From contig CAYZTL010000001.1 of assembly GCA_964481465.1 (NCBI GenBank), positions 16,743 through 80,742 on the forward strand: a stretch of DNA of 64,000 nucleotides, read 5' to 3'. The notes beneath the pieces were generated by a model that ran no database searches, was not told the origin of the DNA, and worked only from the letters and a program-made list of their open reading frames with translations. The DNA comes from an uncultured Anaerolineales bacterium (GTDB taxonomy: Bacteria > Chloroflexota > Anaerolineae > Anaerolineales > UBA11858). The translations under genes and the position numbers were made by a program. This document shows positions 1 to 9,421 of this stretch, one piece after another. How positions within the stretch are numbered: the first letter of the stretch is position 1; each line of letters starts with the position of its first letter.

Positions 1-267
1 CCTCCGCCAATTGACAACCAATTCATCATACATGGCGCGAAAGATGTCCGTCGGACGAGGGTGGAGGGAGTCGATAAATGAATGCTCCCTCTTCAAACGA
101 TCCATGCGCCGCGTGGAAAGCAGCCGCGCTCCCAGCCAGAACTCTTGATGCACATTGAGAAGATCAATCGTCCCAATGTCATTAAGATACATTTGGACGG
201 GATCATCCCGCAGTGCGGCTTTTATTTTCGCCCCTTCCAAGTCTTTCTGCTGTCGTCCTTTCGGCAT
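1..267 (-). CDS. rpoD: RNA polymerase sigma-70 family factor, N-terminal part (CDS continues past window start)
   Basis: Minus-strand translation from ATG at 267-265 gives MPKGRQQKDLEGAKIKAALRDDPVQMYLNDIGTIDLLNVHQEFWLGARL... DPVxMYLxxIG is the sigma-70 region 1.2 signature. It lies directly downstream of dnaG. It is absent from the ORF track because it runs off the window. Confidence 0.7.
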   Translation of the reverse strand, partial: MPKGRQQKDLEGAKIKAALRDDPVQMYLNDIGTIDLLNVHQEFWLGARLLSTRRMDRLKREHSFIDSLHPRPTDIFRAMYDELVVNWRR

Positions 268-346
268 CCGGGTTGCCTCATCTCTAAGGTAGGGAACAGA
301 GTAAGAACGCAGTGGCTCATTACATACCACACTGAACTGTACTATG

Positions 347-2287
347 TCATGGGTATTCCTGTAAAGCAGCTGTTCGACTGGTATAGCGGTTCATGGCTTC
401 ATCAATTTTCTTTCGCTCAGCGACATTCTGGATCATCGCTTCTCGGTACTGCGACGCCTTTAGGTCACCGTTCTCTTGAGTCGTTTCCATAAGATATCGT
501 AAATGAGAATTCCGATTTAACAACTGCCTTTTGCGCAAACTCAAGAGAGCCCGCATCAGATCTTCAAGGACTTTATCAGCGCGGGGATTGAGATCTGTGC
601 AGTTGGCGAGCAGTTCTTGGGCGACTTCGAACAAGTCCCCTTCCAGATGGTCCATCACATAAGATTTGGGTTCCCTCTCGTTTTGCCGCAAAGCCTCTTT
701 GATGGTCCTGATCATGATTTGGAAATTCGTGTTTTGGAAATCCTTTTCACTGCAGCGCTTCAAACCCGCTTTTCCCAATTGGCGGTCCACCCGGTAGAGC
801 AGCTCCGGATCATGAAGCAGGATCCCCACACAATGCGCTTCGTAAAGATCGCCTTTACGGTGGGGTACGCTCTCCTCCCGCCTCGTTTCTTGACCGCGGG
901 AAGGAGGACCGGGGCGATAGCTGGGGGTGGTGCGACGGGTGCGAGTGGAGCGTTGGGGAAGGAAGCCCAGCAGGGTTCGTTCATCAACCTCCAACATCCG
1001 GGCCAGGCGCTGCTGGTAGGTATCTCGTTCGATCGCGCTGGGCACATCCTCAATTAATGGCAAAACCTGGGAGGCTACCTCATTTTTGACTTTGGGGTCG
1101 TCCAAATCCCGGCCGTGAGCCAGCGTCTCCATGACATGGATGACAATGGGCTGAGCTTTGCCGATGATCTCGGACCACATGTCAGGGTCCTGATTGACGA
1201 CATCGTCCGGATCCATCCCCGCGGGGAGCGTAGCCACGCGCAAGTCCGCCCGCAAACGGGCCTCGCGATGGAGCAATCCTCGGGCGTCAAAGACGATATC
1301 CTGGGTGCGGTCGAGCGATTCCCGGGCGACTTCTAATCCCCGTAAAGTGGCTTTAACGCCAGCAGCGTCCGAATCCATGGCCAGGACAATCCGTTTCGTG
1401 TACCGCTTTACTTTCCGGAGATGGTCATCCGTCAAAGCGGTGCCCATGGTGGCCACCACATTGTGATGCCCGTGCTGATGGGGAAGAATCACCCCCATGT
1501 ACCCCTCTACGATCACCACTTCATCCTCCGCACGGATCGCTTTCCGGGCCTGATCCAGCCCGTAAAGCAATCTCTTTTTGTCAAAAAGAGGGGTTTGCGG
1601 TGAATTTAAATATTTTGGCACGTCCTCCGGATCCAAGACCCGGGCTCCGAAGCCCGTCATCCGACCTTTGCGGTCCCGAATGGGAAACATCACTCGATGA
1701 CGAAAGCGATCGTAAACGCCTCCGGTGTCCCGCTCTGAGACCAGACCCGCGTCCAGTAGTTCATCCTCAGCGTAGCCTTTGGATTGGAAATATTCCCCGG
1801 CCGCTTCCCAAGACTCGGGCGCGTAACCCAGACCAAATTTCTCAATCGTCTCATCCTGGATTCCGCGCTCATATAAATATGTCAGGGCTTCTTTTCCGGC
1901 TTGCGTTTGATACAAATTATGGCGGTAAAAAATCACCGCATCTTCCAGCAAAACCCGCAGCCGTTCGTATTCTTCCTTCTTTTCTTTTTCTTGAGGAGTA
2001 AGGGGCTTGAGGGTCACCCCTGCCCGCTGCGCCAGGTACTGCAGGGCTTCCTGGAAATCCCACCCTTCCTTTTTCATGACGAAATTAAAAATGTCTCCCC
2101 CGTCGTCACATTCGCCAAAGCAATGCCAGGTTTGAGTATCAGGAAATACCGCAAAAGCAGGGGTATTCACGTTGTGGTGGAAGGGACAGAATCCGGTGTA
2201 ATTTTTCCCCGAATGACGCAGCTCTACGCTTTCAGATATCAGGTCGACGATATCAATGCGGTCTTTGATCTCATCCGTAACGCTCAT
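347..2287 (-). CDS. dnaG: DNA primase DnaG
   Basis: CHC2 zinc finger (GFCPFHHNVNTPAFAV...HCFGCxxGGD-like) and a TOPRIM region (VIVEGYMGV, LAMDSDAAG). Start chosen at MSVTDEIKDRIDIVDLI (2287) because it matches canonical DnaG N-termini; the track ORF extends to 2320. Confidence 0.93.
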   Translation of the reverse strand: MSVTDEIKDRIDIVDLISESVELRHSGKNYTGFCPFHHNVNTPAFAVFPDTQTWHCFGECDDGGDIFNFVMKKEGWDFQEALQYLAQRAGVTLKPLTPQEKEKKEEYERLRVLLEDAVIFYRHNLYQTQAGKEALTYLYERGIQDETIEKFGLGYAPESWEAAGEYFQSKGYAEDELLDAGLVSERDTGGVYDRFRHRVMFPIRDRKGRMTGFGARVLDPEDVPKYLNSPQTPLFDKKRLLYGLDQARKAIRAEDEVVIVEGYMGVILPHQHGHHNVVATMGTALTDDHLRKVKRYTKRIVLAMDSDAAGVKATLRGLEVARESLDRTQDIVFDARGLLHREARLRADLRVATLPAGMDPDDVVNQDPDMWSEIIGKAQPIVIHVMETLAHGRDLDDPKVKNEVASQVLPLIEDVPSAIERDTYQQRLARMLEVDERTLLGFLPQRSTRTRRTTPSYRPGPPSRGQETRREESVPHRKGDLYEAHCVGILLHDPELLYRVDRQLGKAGLKRCSEKDFQNTNFQIMIRTIKEALRQNEREPKSYVMDHLEGDLFEVAQELLANCTDLNPRADKVLEDLMRALLSLRKRQLLNRNSHLRYLMETTQENGDLKASQYREAMIQNVAERKKIDEAMNRYTSRTAALQEYP

Positions 2288-2458
2288 AGCCAACCACCAA
2301 TGAATACCGAGAAGAGCCATCTACCGAGAATGCAAAATCGATTATACCAGCGGAAGGGAAATATTGACCGGCTTTCTTGAGAAAAGACCGATCAAAACGC
2401 TCAGCTTTACCTAAAATATCATCCCAAGGAAATCGAAAATCGGGGCCAAGTCAACCAC

Positions 2459-2581
2459 TCACTGAATACACAGGTGAGAATCCCCTGACCCGCCAATGAG
2501 GATGCCCTGCGCGATACCGGGCTTTTCACAAGTAAGGACCTCGTTCAAATACTTCATTCTCCGATCTCTGTTTACGAACAT
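2459..2581 (-). CDS. 40-aa small ORF with strong SD; weak resemblance to ribosomal protein S21 (possibly a remnant)
   Basis: GGGAGGTGAGTGA precedes the ATG at 2581. Peptide is MFVNRDRRMKYLNEVLTCEKPGIAQGILIGGSGDSHLCIQ. The RR..K...CEKxGI stretch recalls S21 RRFKRxCEKAGIL. The position upstream of dnaG-rpoD matches the rpsU position in E. coli. The C-terminal basic half of S21 is absent. Confidence 0.25.
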   Translation of the reverse strand: MFVNRDRRMKYLNEVLTCEKPGIAQGILIGGSGDSHLCIQ

Positions 2582-2704
2582 TCACTCACCTCCCTCTATA
2601 TAATCTAGATCATAACAATCTGCTTATAGTTTATTGTCATATGTTGGGATGCGTACTCTCCCATGAGGTCATCTTTTTTCAGATTCTCAGGTAAAAACGA
2701 AAAA

Positions 2705-2735
2705 AGCCCCGAAGGATCCCTCCAGCGGGGCTTTT
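2705..2735. terminator. GC hairpin flanked by an A-run and a T-run (bidirectional terminator-like) in an ORF-free 790-bp region
   Basis: AGCCCCG (2705-2711) pairs with CGGGGCT (2726-2732), 14-nt loop. AAAAAA lies upstream and TTTT downstream. No adjacent annotated gene uses it obviously. Confidence 0.35.
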
Positions 2736-3172
2736 CTGAAATCGTTTTTTGTGTTACTTGAGCTCACGATTTATCGGACCAGATCGTAAATTAAGCCGGG
2801 GCCTTTGTTTTCCGTCACGGGCTCCCAGGAGTAAGCTTTTTCCTCCCTAATACAAAAACCCCGCCTCGCCCAGGGCTTCTATCTTCCTCTTCAGCGACAT
2901 GCTTGTCGGGACGATGTGGCCAATGGGTTTCCCTCTTTTTGTGATTAGGATCCCCCCCCGCTCCACCTGACTGGGCTCTGCTCATGTGGCGACGGACAGC
3001 GGCGGCAAAATGTAAATTAATGAATTCAACTTAACCAGCAACAATCGCAAATCCGGGGGGAGGTGAGCTTTTACAATCTGATTTTCTAATATGCACTATA
3101 TATTCATTAGCACCCTTTTTTTTCATTTTTCTCCTAGATAACAGCAGTTTTCCATTTGTGCTTTCTCTCCAA

Positions 3173-4468
3173 CTACTGGAATCTATACCATGTATGTCGA
3201 GAATGAAGCTCTTCCGCGTCCTTGAATGTGAATGTAAGAATCATCCCCACTGCCACAACTGCAGTTGTTGTACCAAAAAGCAAGGGGTAAGAAGTTGTTT
3301 CTAAGAGCCACCCACCCAAGATAGGAGCCAGAATCTGAATCCCCCTGATGGAATTGCTTAATCCTATATAAAGGGGGCGTCGATTCTTTGGGGCAATTTC
3401 TAGTAAATAATTGGAAAATCCTAACATCCAAGAGGAGTATACAAAGCCCAGAGTCACGTAAACAAAGGGATATAACTTAGCTAAAAAGGAATTGCCCATA
3501 AGATGAGCTATACATGCAAAGAGTGGTCCTGCTATTGAAAATAATCCTCCCGCCCAAATGACAATTCGTGGCCCCCAACGATCACTGACCGCGCCAAATA
3601 TTATTCCACCCGCAGCTTTCGCCAGCGTTTGTGCAGCCACAAACCCTCCAACAATAGACATGGGGAGGTGTAACTTATCAACTGCATGTCCGACGTAAAA
3701 GGGAGTGGATAAACTAATCATTCCGACAAGTAGACGAGCTACAGTCCACCGTCTAAATAGGGCATCTTCTCTTAAAGGGGTCAACCAATCATTGCTTTTG
3801 TGCTTATGATCAGTTTCTTTATCAATTTTTGATTCTAGAGGTTCACGGACAGAAGCTAAGGCTATAGTAGAGGGAATTAAGACTATAGCGGCCAGACTAA
3901 AAATTAAGACGTAATTTTTAGGAAATGGGAGGTTGGGGTTTCCTAATATTGAGGCTATTATTGCGCCTGCACCAAGCCCGGCCAATCCACTGATCAGTTG
4001 GGCTGTGCCTAACAGTCGCCCTCTCTGCTTCATGGGAACAGCTTTGGCCAAAATGTCGAACCAAGCCACAGAAGTAATGCTGTCGCTGAGGGAGAAGAGC
4101 CCTAAGAGAATAAAGAAAAATACTAATATGGCCACGGGGTACTCTCCCAATCCAGCCCACAGAGCGAGAGCCAACCCAACAAATACAAGGCGACCCCACA
4201 TACCACTCAATAAATAAGGTTTTTTCCGGGATTTGCCAGTTATTTGGCATGCAATCACTACTTGAGGCAAAAGCCAAAACCCATCGTAAACAGTCCCAAT
4301 TAACCCAATTACCAGAGATGAATTCGTGAATTGCCTTACAAATGCTGGCAAAACACTATTTGGGTCAAAAAAAGAAAGTGCAGTCCAGAAGCAGACAGCG
4401 TCTGTCAAGAAAGCAACATAGTTCCAACGATAATGAGATGGGAGATTAGTTTGGTTTTTGTTGGCCAT
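3173..4468 (-). CDS. MFS transporter
   Basis: 431 aa, about 12 hydrophobic segments with a central cytoplasmic loop (KETDHKHKSNDW), typical major-facilitator architecture. Confidence 0.8.
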   Translation of the reverse strand: MANKNQTNLPSHYRWNYVAFLTDAVCFWTALSFFDPNSVLPAFVRQFTNSSLVIGLIGTVYDGFWLLPQVVIACQITGKSRKKPYLLSGMWGRLVFVGLALALWAGLGEYPVAILVFFFILLGLFSLSDSITSVAWFDILAKAVPMKQRGRLLGTAQLISGLAGLGAGAIIASILGNPNLPFPKNYVLIFSLAAIVLIPSTIALASVREPLESKIDKETDHKHKSNDWLTPLREDALFRRWTVARLLVGMISLSTPFYVGHAVDKLHLPMSIVGGFVAAQTLAKAAGGIIFGAVSDRWGPRIVIWAGGLFSIAGPLFACIAHLMGNSFLAKLYPFVYVTLGFVYSSWMLGFSNYLLEIAPKNRRPLYIGLSNSIRGIQILAPILGGWLLETTSYPLLFGTTTAVVAVGMILTFTFKDAEELHSRHTWYRFQ

Positions 4469-4944
4469 TAATTGAGTTTGGGAGTTGTGAGTTAATGTCT
4501 ATACGTAACCGCATTGTGTATTATGGAAAAAATGGAGATATGTATCAAGTGGCTTAAACGGGGACAACGAAATCCAATACAGAATAATTAATTGGACAAT
4601 ATACCTTCAAATTCGGCCCTTTTGAAAAATTAGGGGAAATCAATAAAGGATTAGCCCACGACGAAAACAATCAAAGCTATTTCCACATTATTCAGAAATA
4701 TATTTTCCTTGTATGAAAAACCCATGATTAAGGAATATCCTATTACAGGTGATGAGGGAAATATTCTATACCATAATATATGCATTACGAGATCTCGGGG
4801 GGTCATTCGGGTGAAGGACCCCACGGATAAAGCATCAGCGAGCTCTGACGATACTTCAGTGAAACAAAAATGAACAGTATAACAACCCTGAAAAATATCT
4901 TTCGATTATGGTTAGATATTAACCTTCAGTCTAAAAACCTTATC

Positions 4945-6408
4945 CTACGCTAACAATCCAACCTTCCTATTGAACTCCCTGATCAGTTCATCCATATCCG
5001 GCACCTGCTGGTGGTAGGTATCCCAATAACTACCTTCATACCACTGCTGGTTGAGTTCCTCCACATCTTTCCCCTGCTGCTCGATCCAGGTGAAGTATTT
5101 CAAGTTGTGTACCCGGCGGCAATCCTCATAGGTGAGTTCCTGCAGGTAATTGGGCGTGATCCCTTCCAGGTAGCGGGCATGGTGGCGGGCTGCGTCCATT
5201 TCATCATATTTCCCGTATTCCTCATGCATCTCCTTCAGCCTACTCTGGTAAAGTTCCATGGAGTCGGTGAAGACGGTGAGGACGATATCATTGGATCCCA
5301 ACTCATAATATTTGGCGAACTTGATGGACATGATGGTATTGGCAATGCTTGAGAAACCCAGCAAATCCAGCTGATTTACAGTTTCCTCCGGGACGCCTTG
5401 TTTGACAAGGTACTCACGGCCGGCGGGCTCATTGAAGAGGCGGGAGAGATTGGTCACCGCGTTGTCATCAATGCCCATCACCATATCCGTGTTCTTGACG
5501 TTATGGATCCAGGGCACGTGCTTGTCCCCGATGCCTTCGATGCGGTGGGCGCCAAAGCCATTTTCCAGCAGTGTCGGGCACTGCAGGGCTTCGCCGGCCG
5601 CGATCTTGCTGCCGGGGAAGAGCTCCTTCATGTAGTCCCCGCAGCCCAACGTGCCGGCGGAGCCGGTGGTCAGGGCCACCCCGCGGTAGCGATCATTCGG
5701 CCCCATCTCCTGCTGCAACACCTCTTCCATGGCATGACCGGTGACGTCGTAGTGCCACAGGTGGTTGCCAAACTCGTCAAATTGGTTGAAGACAAACACA
5801 TCGTCCCGCGTTTCTCTCAATTCCCAGACCTTGTCATAGATTTCCTTGACGTTGGATTCCGTGCCCGGAGTGGCGATCACTTCACCCGCCACTTTGGCCA
5901 GCCAGTCAAAACGTTCCTGGCTCATCCCTTCAGGCAGGATCGCGATCGATTCACAGGCCAGCAGGGAAGCATCATACGCCCCACCCCGGCAGTAGTTTCC
6001 GGTGGAAGGCCAAACCGCTTCATGGAACGTAGGGTCAAACTGTCCCGTCACCAGGCGGGGCACCAGGCAGCCAAAGGTAGCACCCACTTTATGCGAACCG
6101 GTTGGGAACCATTTTCCAACCAGAGCGATGATGCGGGCGTCAACCCCCGTCAAGCTTTTGGGAAGTTCCATGTAATTTACACCACCAAAGCCACCGCCGG
6201 TTTCCACGGGGTCGTTTTTCCAGGTGATGCGGAACAAGTTCCTGGGGGTAATGTCCCACAAACCAATATCCTTTATTTCTTCCTTTATTTTGTTGGGGAT
6301 GGTCTCTGGGTTTTTCATCTGCTCAAAGGTAGGGATGATAATATTCCGCTCCCGAGCCCGTTCCACCGTTCGTCCCAGTTGTTTTTCATTAATCGTTAGA
6401 TCAATCAT
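4945..6408 (-). CDS. PLP-dependent enzyme, fold type II (tryptophan-synthase-beta/cysteine-synthase-like), long form with C-terminal helical extension; OrtB-like
   Basis: FPTGSHKVGATFG (candidate PLP lysine in a PTGSxK context) and TTGSAGTLG (glycine-rich phosphate loop). 487 aa. Exact reaction is not assignable from sequence alone. Confidence 0.75.
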   Translation of the reverse strand: MIDLTINEKQLGRTVERARERNIIIPTFEQMKNPETIPNKIKEEIKDIGLWDITPRNLFRITWKNDPVETGGGFGGVNYMELPKSLTGVDARIIALVGKWFPTGSHKVGATFGCLVPRLVTGQFDPTFHEAVWPSTGNYCRGGAYDASLLACESIAILPEGMSQERFDWLAKVAGEVIATPGTESNVKEIYDKVWELRETRDDVFVFNQFDEFGNHLWHYDVTGHAMEEVLQQEMGPNDRYRGVALTTGSAGTLGCGDYMKELFPGSKIAAGEALQCPTLLENGFGAHRIEGIGDKHVPWIHNVKNTDMVMGIDDNAVTNLSRLFNEPAGREYLVKQGVPEETVNQLDLLGFSSIANTIMSIKFAKYYELGSNDIVLTVFTDSMELYQSRLKEMHEEYGKYDEMDAARHHARYLEGITPNYLQELTYEDCRRVHNLKYFTWIEQQGKDVEELNQQWYEGSYWDTYHQQVPDMDELIREFNRKVGLLA

Positions 6409-6719
6409 GTTCTCCTATTCCCTTATTAAAACGCAAGAACAGCCTTCTCCTCCCCACCTAAGTTCTGGATCACATAGGGTCTGATTTAAAAAGACCCAAT
6501 TTAAAAGTTCCCGTGCTAACATTCATGCTCAGGCATAAAAAGGTTTTGGAGAATTCCTCTCTAATTATTAGAGAGAAGGGCTTCCCCACAGACAAAGATA
6601 ACCATCATTAGGCCTAGCATAATCAAACACGCCCGGCAAATCCGGAAAGCCACACCTGGCAAATTACACAACCACCGGTGATTATGGAAACAAGAAAATA
6701 TACGGCAAAATCACCTCAA

Positions 6720-6760
6720 AACCATTTATACTGCGGTATTTCAGCTAATTCAACGTGATT
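6720..6760 (-). promoter_or_regulatory. Conserved promoter/operator core, copy A (drives the PLP-enzyme gene)
   Basis: On the minus strand: -35 TTGAAT (6753-6748), 17-nt spacer, -10 TATAAA (6730-6725). 37/41 identical to the cores at 14965-15005 and 31295-31335. An AT-rich conserved flank lies upstream. Confidence 0.55.
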
Positions 6761-7085
6761 TTAGTAATAATTTATATAATTTTATGATATTTTCATAATC
6801 GGCAGACAAGTCCGATTTCCTCTATGTGCTTCCAGGGATGATGTTCCCGATTCATCTGTTACCCAACTGGTTCCCGACTTGATCTGGGACGAAGGACACC
6901 TCCAACTTCCCTTATGTGCTGGTATACTGATCTGTAGAAAACTGTTGATTTACCTGGCTGTTGGTGCGAGTTGATAACCTTGGGTACGTAGTTAAAAGCG
7001 GCCCGGTAACAAACTGGAAGTGTTCAACACTGGTCTTCGCTACAGATTTGTACTATTCACCTTGTCATATGAGATGGGATGAACC

Positions 7086-7577
7086 ATGCAACCATTAGAT
7101 GAACTTGATCTCGCTATCCTGGCTGAACTGGAACACAATGCCAGAATCATGGTCACCGAACTGGCAAGGCGACTCGACAGCCCCACTTCCACGATCCGCG
7201 ATCGAATACAAAGACTCGAAGATGAGGGAGTGATCAATGGATATACCGCGATCATTAATCCTGAAAAACTTGGCCTGGGCATCAAAGCTGTCATTAAAGT
7301 AAAGCGGGCCAAAAACATCTCGCTGGAGAACTCTCTTTACGAACCCTCAAAACTGCTTGCAGTGACCAGGGTACAAGCGCTGACTGGTGACACAGATGAA
7401 CTCATTACCGTTTATGCCCGTGATGTGGAAGATCTTAAAGACATTATTTACAATAGAATAGGATCGCTTCCAGGTTTGTCCTGGTTGAGCACCGGAATTG
7501 TTTTGGACGAGATCAGCTCCCCCCTGACCCGCCGCTTCCGCACCAAGCCAGACAGCGAAGAACAAAAAAATTCATAG
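7086..7577 (+). CDS. Lrp/AsnC family transcriptional regulator (paralog 1)
   Basis: N-terminal HTH LDELDLAILAELEHNARIMVTELARRLDSPTSTIRDRIQRLEDEGVI plus a C-terminal RAM/AsnC-type ligand domain. 163 aa. Confidence 0.9.
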   Translation: MQPLDELDLAILAELEHNARIMVTELARRLDSPTSTIRDRIQRLEDEGVINGYTAIINPEKLGLGIKAVIKVKRAKNISLENSLYEPSKLLAVTRVQALTGDTDELITVYARDVEDLKDIIYNRIGSLPGLSWLSTGIVLDEISSPLTRRFRTKPDSEEQKNS

Positions 7578-7867
7578 AGAGACTACAGCTGTAACTTTCT
7601 GCAAAGAAAGGGTTGACTTTTCACCCATGTATCCGCCCATTGCATTCCATTGGGTGCTGTGCGGTTCAAAGCAGATTGGTTTTTTAACGTTTTGGATTGT
7701 CGTGGTATTAGTACCTGCTATCGTCTCCCGCCTCCTCCTAAACCTGACCGGATACTTTAAGTCAGACTACTCAATATCCCCTCAAGACACTACCATATAT
7801 TATAATTACGGCGGATTGATTACACATCTAATAAATATTACTTCCCATTAGAAGGAGTATTAATTAA

Positions 7868-9214
7868 ATGAGGCCCGACAAAGTTCACAAGACTATCTCC
7901 AAGAGCATGCTCGCGAATGGTAAACCGATAGTTTTCGATCTGGAGAAATCTCACGATATTTTTTTGGTAGACGCCATCTCTGGTAGGGAGTATATCGATT
8001 TTTTCACATTTTACGCCAGTAATCCCCTCGGTTACAACCACCCCAAACTTAAAAAGCCATCTTTTCTAAATAAGTTAACTCAATCAGCCATTCACAAACC
8101 ATCAAATAGTGATATCTACACCACCCTTATGGCTGAATTTGTCGACAAATTCAGGAAAATTGCTATGCCTGAATCAATGCCCCATCTCTTTTTAGTCAGC
8201 GGAGGGGCGCTCGCAGTAGAAAACGCATTAAAGGCCGCCTTTGACTGGAAAGTACGGAAAAATGTTACCCAGGTCAACGAACATAGTGGCTCAGATAATG
8301 AGCCGGGTTTTTATCAAGGACTGGGTTCTAAGGTTATCCACCTGAGGGATGCTTTTCATGGGCGGTCGGGCTATACACTTTCAATCACAAACACTGATGA
8401 CCCCCGGAAGCACATGTATTTTCCAAAATTTGACTGGCCACGTATAGTTAACCCCAAATTAAATTTCCCCGTCACCGATCAGGTTCTAGAACAAGTTAAA
8501 AAAACAGAAGAGATCGCTTATGCTCAAATAGATACAGTAGTAAACCAATATAAAGGCGATATCGCAGCGTTGATACTTGAGCCTATCCAAAGCGAAGGTG
8601 GTGATAACTATTTCCGGCTTGAGTTTTTCCAAGAATTACGCAGGTTAGCTAATAAGCATGAGTTTCTTCTGATATATGATGAGATACAGACCGGGATGGG
8701 TGTTACTGGAAAAATGTGGGCTTACGAACATTATGATGTAGAACCAGACATCATGGCGTTCGGAAAGAAATCCCATGTCTGTGGGATAATAGCAGGGAGT
8801 CGAATTGACGAAGTTCAGAACAATGTGTTCGAGGAACCCAGCCGCATCAGTTCAACCTTTGGCGGAAATTTAGTGGATATGGTTCGCTGCACCAGAGTTT
8901 TGGAAATCATCAAAGAAGATAACCTTCTTGAAAATGCTGGGCGCGTTGGAAGAAAAATGTTAGAAGGCTTGCGAGATATTTCCTCGGAATCGGGAAATGT
9001 CATCAGCAACGTGCGAGGAAAGGGGTTGCTGCTTGCCATTGATCTTCCCAATCAGGAAATACGTAATGTGATGCTTGAACGTCTTTTCGAAAACGGTCTG
9101 CTAGCGATTAAATCGGGTCACCGTTCAATTCGTTTCAGAGGCGTTTTAGATACCCCAGAGGATATCGTTGATAAAGCTCTTGAGGTTGTCGCCAATTCTA
9201 TTCCAGTTGGATAA
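7868..9214 (+). CDS. lat: Class-III aminotransferase, L-lysine 6-transaminase (Lat)-like
   Basis: N-terminus FDLEKSHDIFLVDAISGREYIDFFTFYASNPLGYNHPKL resembles mycobacterial Lat. DEIQTGMG and AFGKK (Schiff-base Lys) are intact. An lrp gene lies immediately upstream, as in the M. tuberculosis lrpA-lat pair. AGGAG SD before the ATG. Confidence 0.8.
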   Translation: MRPDKVHKTISKSMLANGKPIVFDLEKSHDIFLVDAISGREYIDFFTFYASNPLGYNHPKLKKPSFLNKLTQSAIHKPSNSDIYTTLMAEFVDKFRKIAMPESMPHLFLVSGGALAVENALKAAFDWKVRKNVTQVNEHSGSDNEPGFYQGLGSKVIHLRDAFHGRSGYTLSITNTDDPRKHMYFPKFDWPRIVNPKLNFPVTDQVLEQVKKTEEIAYAQIDTVVNQYKGDIAALILEPIQSEGGDNYFRLEFFQELRRLANKHEFLLIYDEIQTGMGVTGKMWAYEHYDVEPDIMAFGKKSHVCGIIAGSRIDEVQNNVFEEPSRISSTFGGNLVDMVRCTRVLEIIKEDNLLENAGRVGRKMLEGLRDISSESGNVISNVRGKGLLLAIDLPNQEIRNVMLERLFENGLLAIKSGHRSIRFRGVLDTPEDIVDKALEVVANSIPVG

Positions 9215-9421
9215 CAAATAATTGGCATTCAACCTATTATGAGAGACCACCAAGCTTTTCTCCTACGGGGGGTAATTCAGATACTACCTTCTCCGAAAAC
9301 AAGAGGTAAAAACAGCTTAGCTACTTACCTGAATTGTACACCCAAAAGTATAACGCCATGACCACCTCAATTGTATTCCTGTAATTAAATCGCAGTTTAC
9401 AATTCTATCCTCTCATTATCC

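Noticed and set aside
82-492. 136-aa plus-strand ORF at the left edge, and the many 60-170-aa ORFs nested in dnaG
   Set aside because: They overlap the minus-strand rpoD and dnaG coding sequence, have no SD and show no recognisable motif.
2572-2735. Possible sRNA gene: a TTACGA...TATAAT promoter-like pair followed by the 2705-2735 hairpin
   Set aside because: The -35/-10 spacing is 19-21 nt, which is too long, and no alternative -35 fits. The transcript would be unsupported without expression data. Only the hairpin is kept, as a low-confidence feature.
5398-6399. Long antisense ORFs opposite well-supported genes (5398-6399, 35274-36101, 38726-39496, 51954-52919, 54147-55076; 256-333 aa)
   Set aside because: Each lies entirely inside a strongly supported gene on the other strand (PLP enzyme, glyQS, pepF, the 448-aa protein, thrS). 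Their translations are low-complexity (R/G/P/H-rich) with no motifs. These are typical shadow ORFs of codon-biased genes.
7627-7851. 74-aa hydrophobic ORF in the lrp1-lat spacer
   Set aside because: No SD before the ATG. It lies in an AT-rich promoter-like region ending in TATAAT/AAGGAG for the lat gene, and has no motif. It is more likely untranslated, though a small membrane peptide cannot be excluded.
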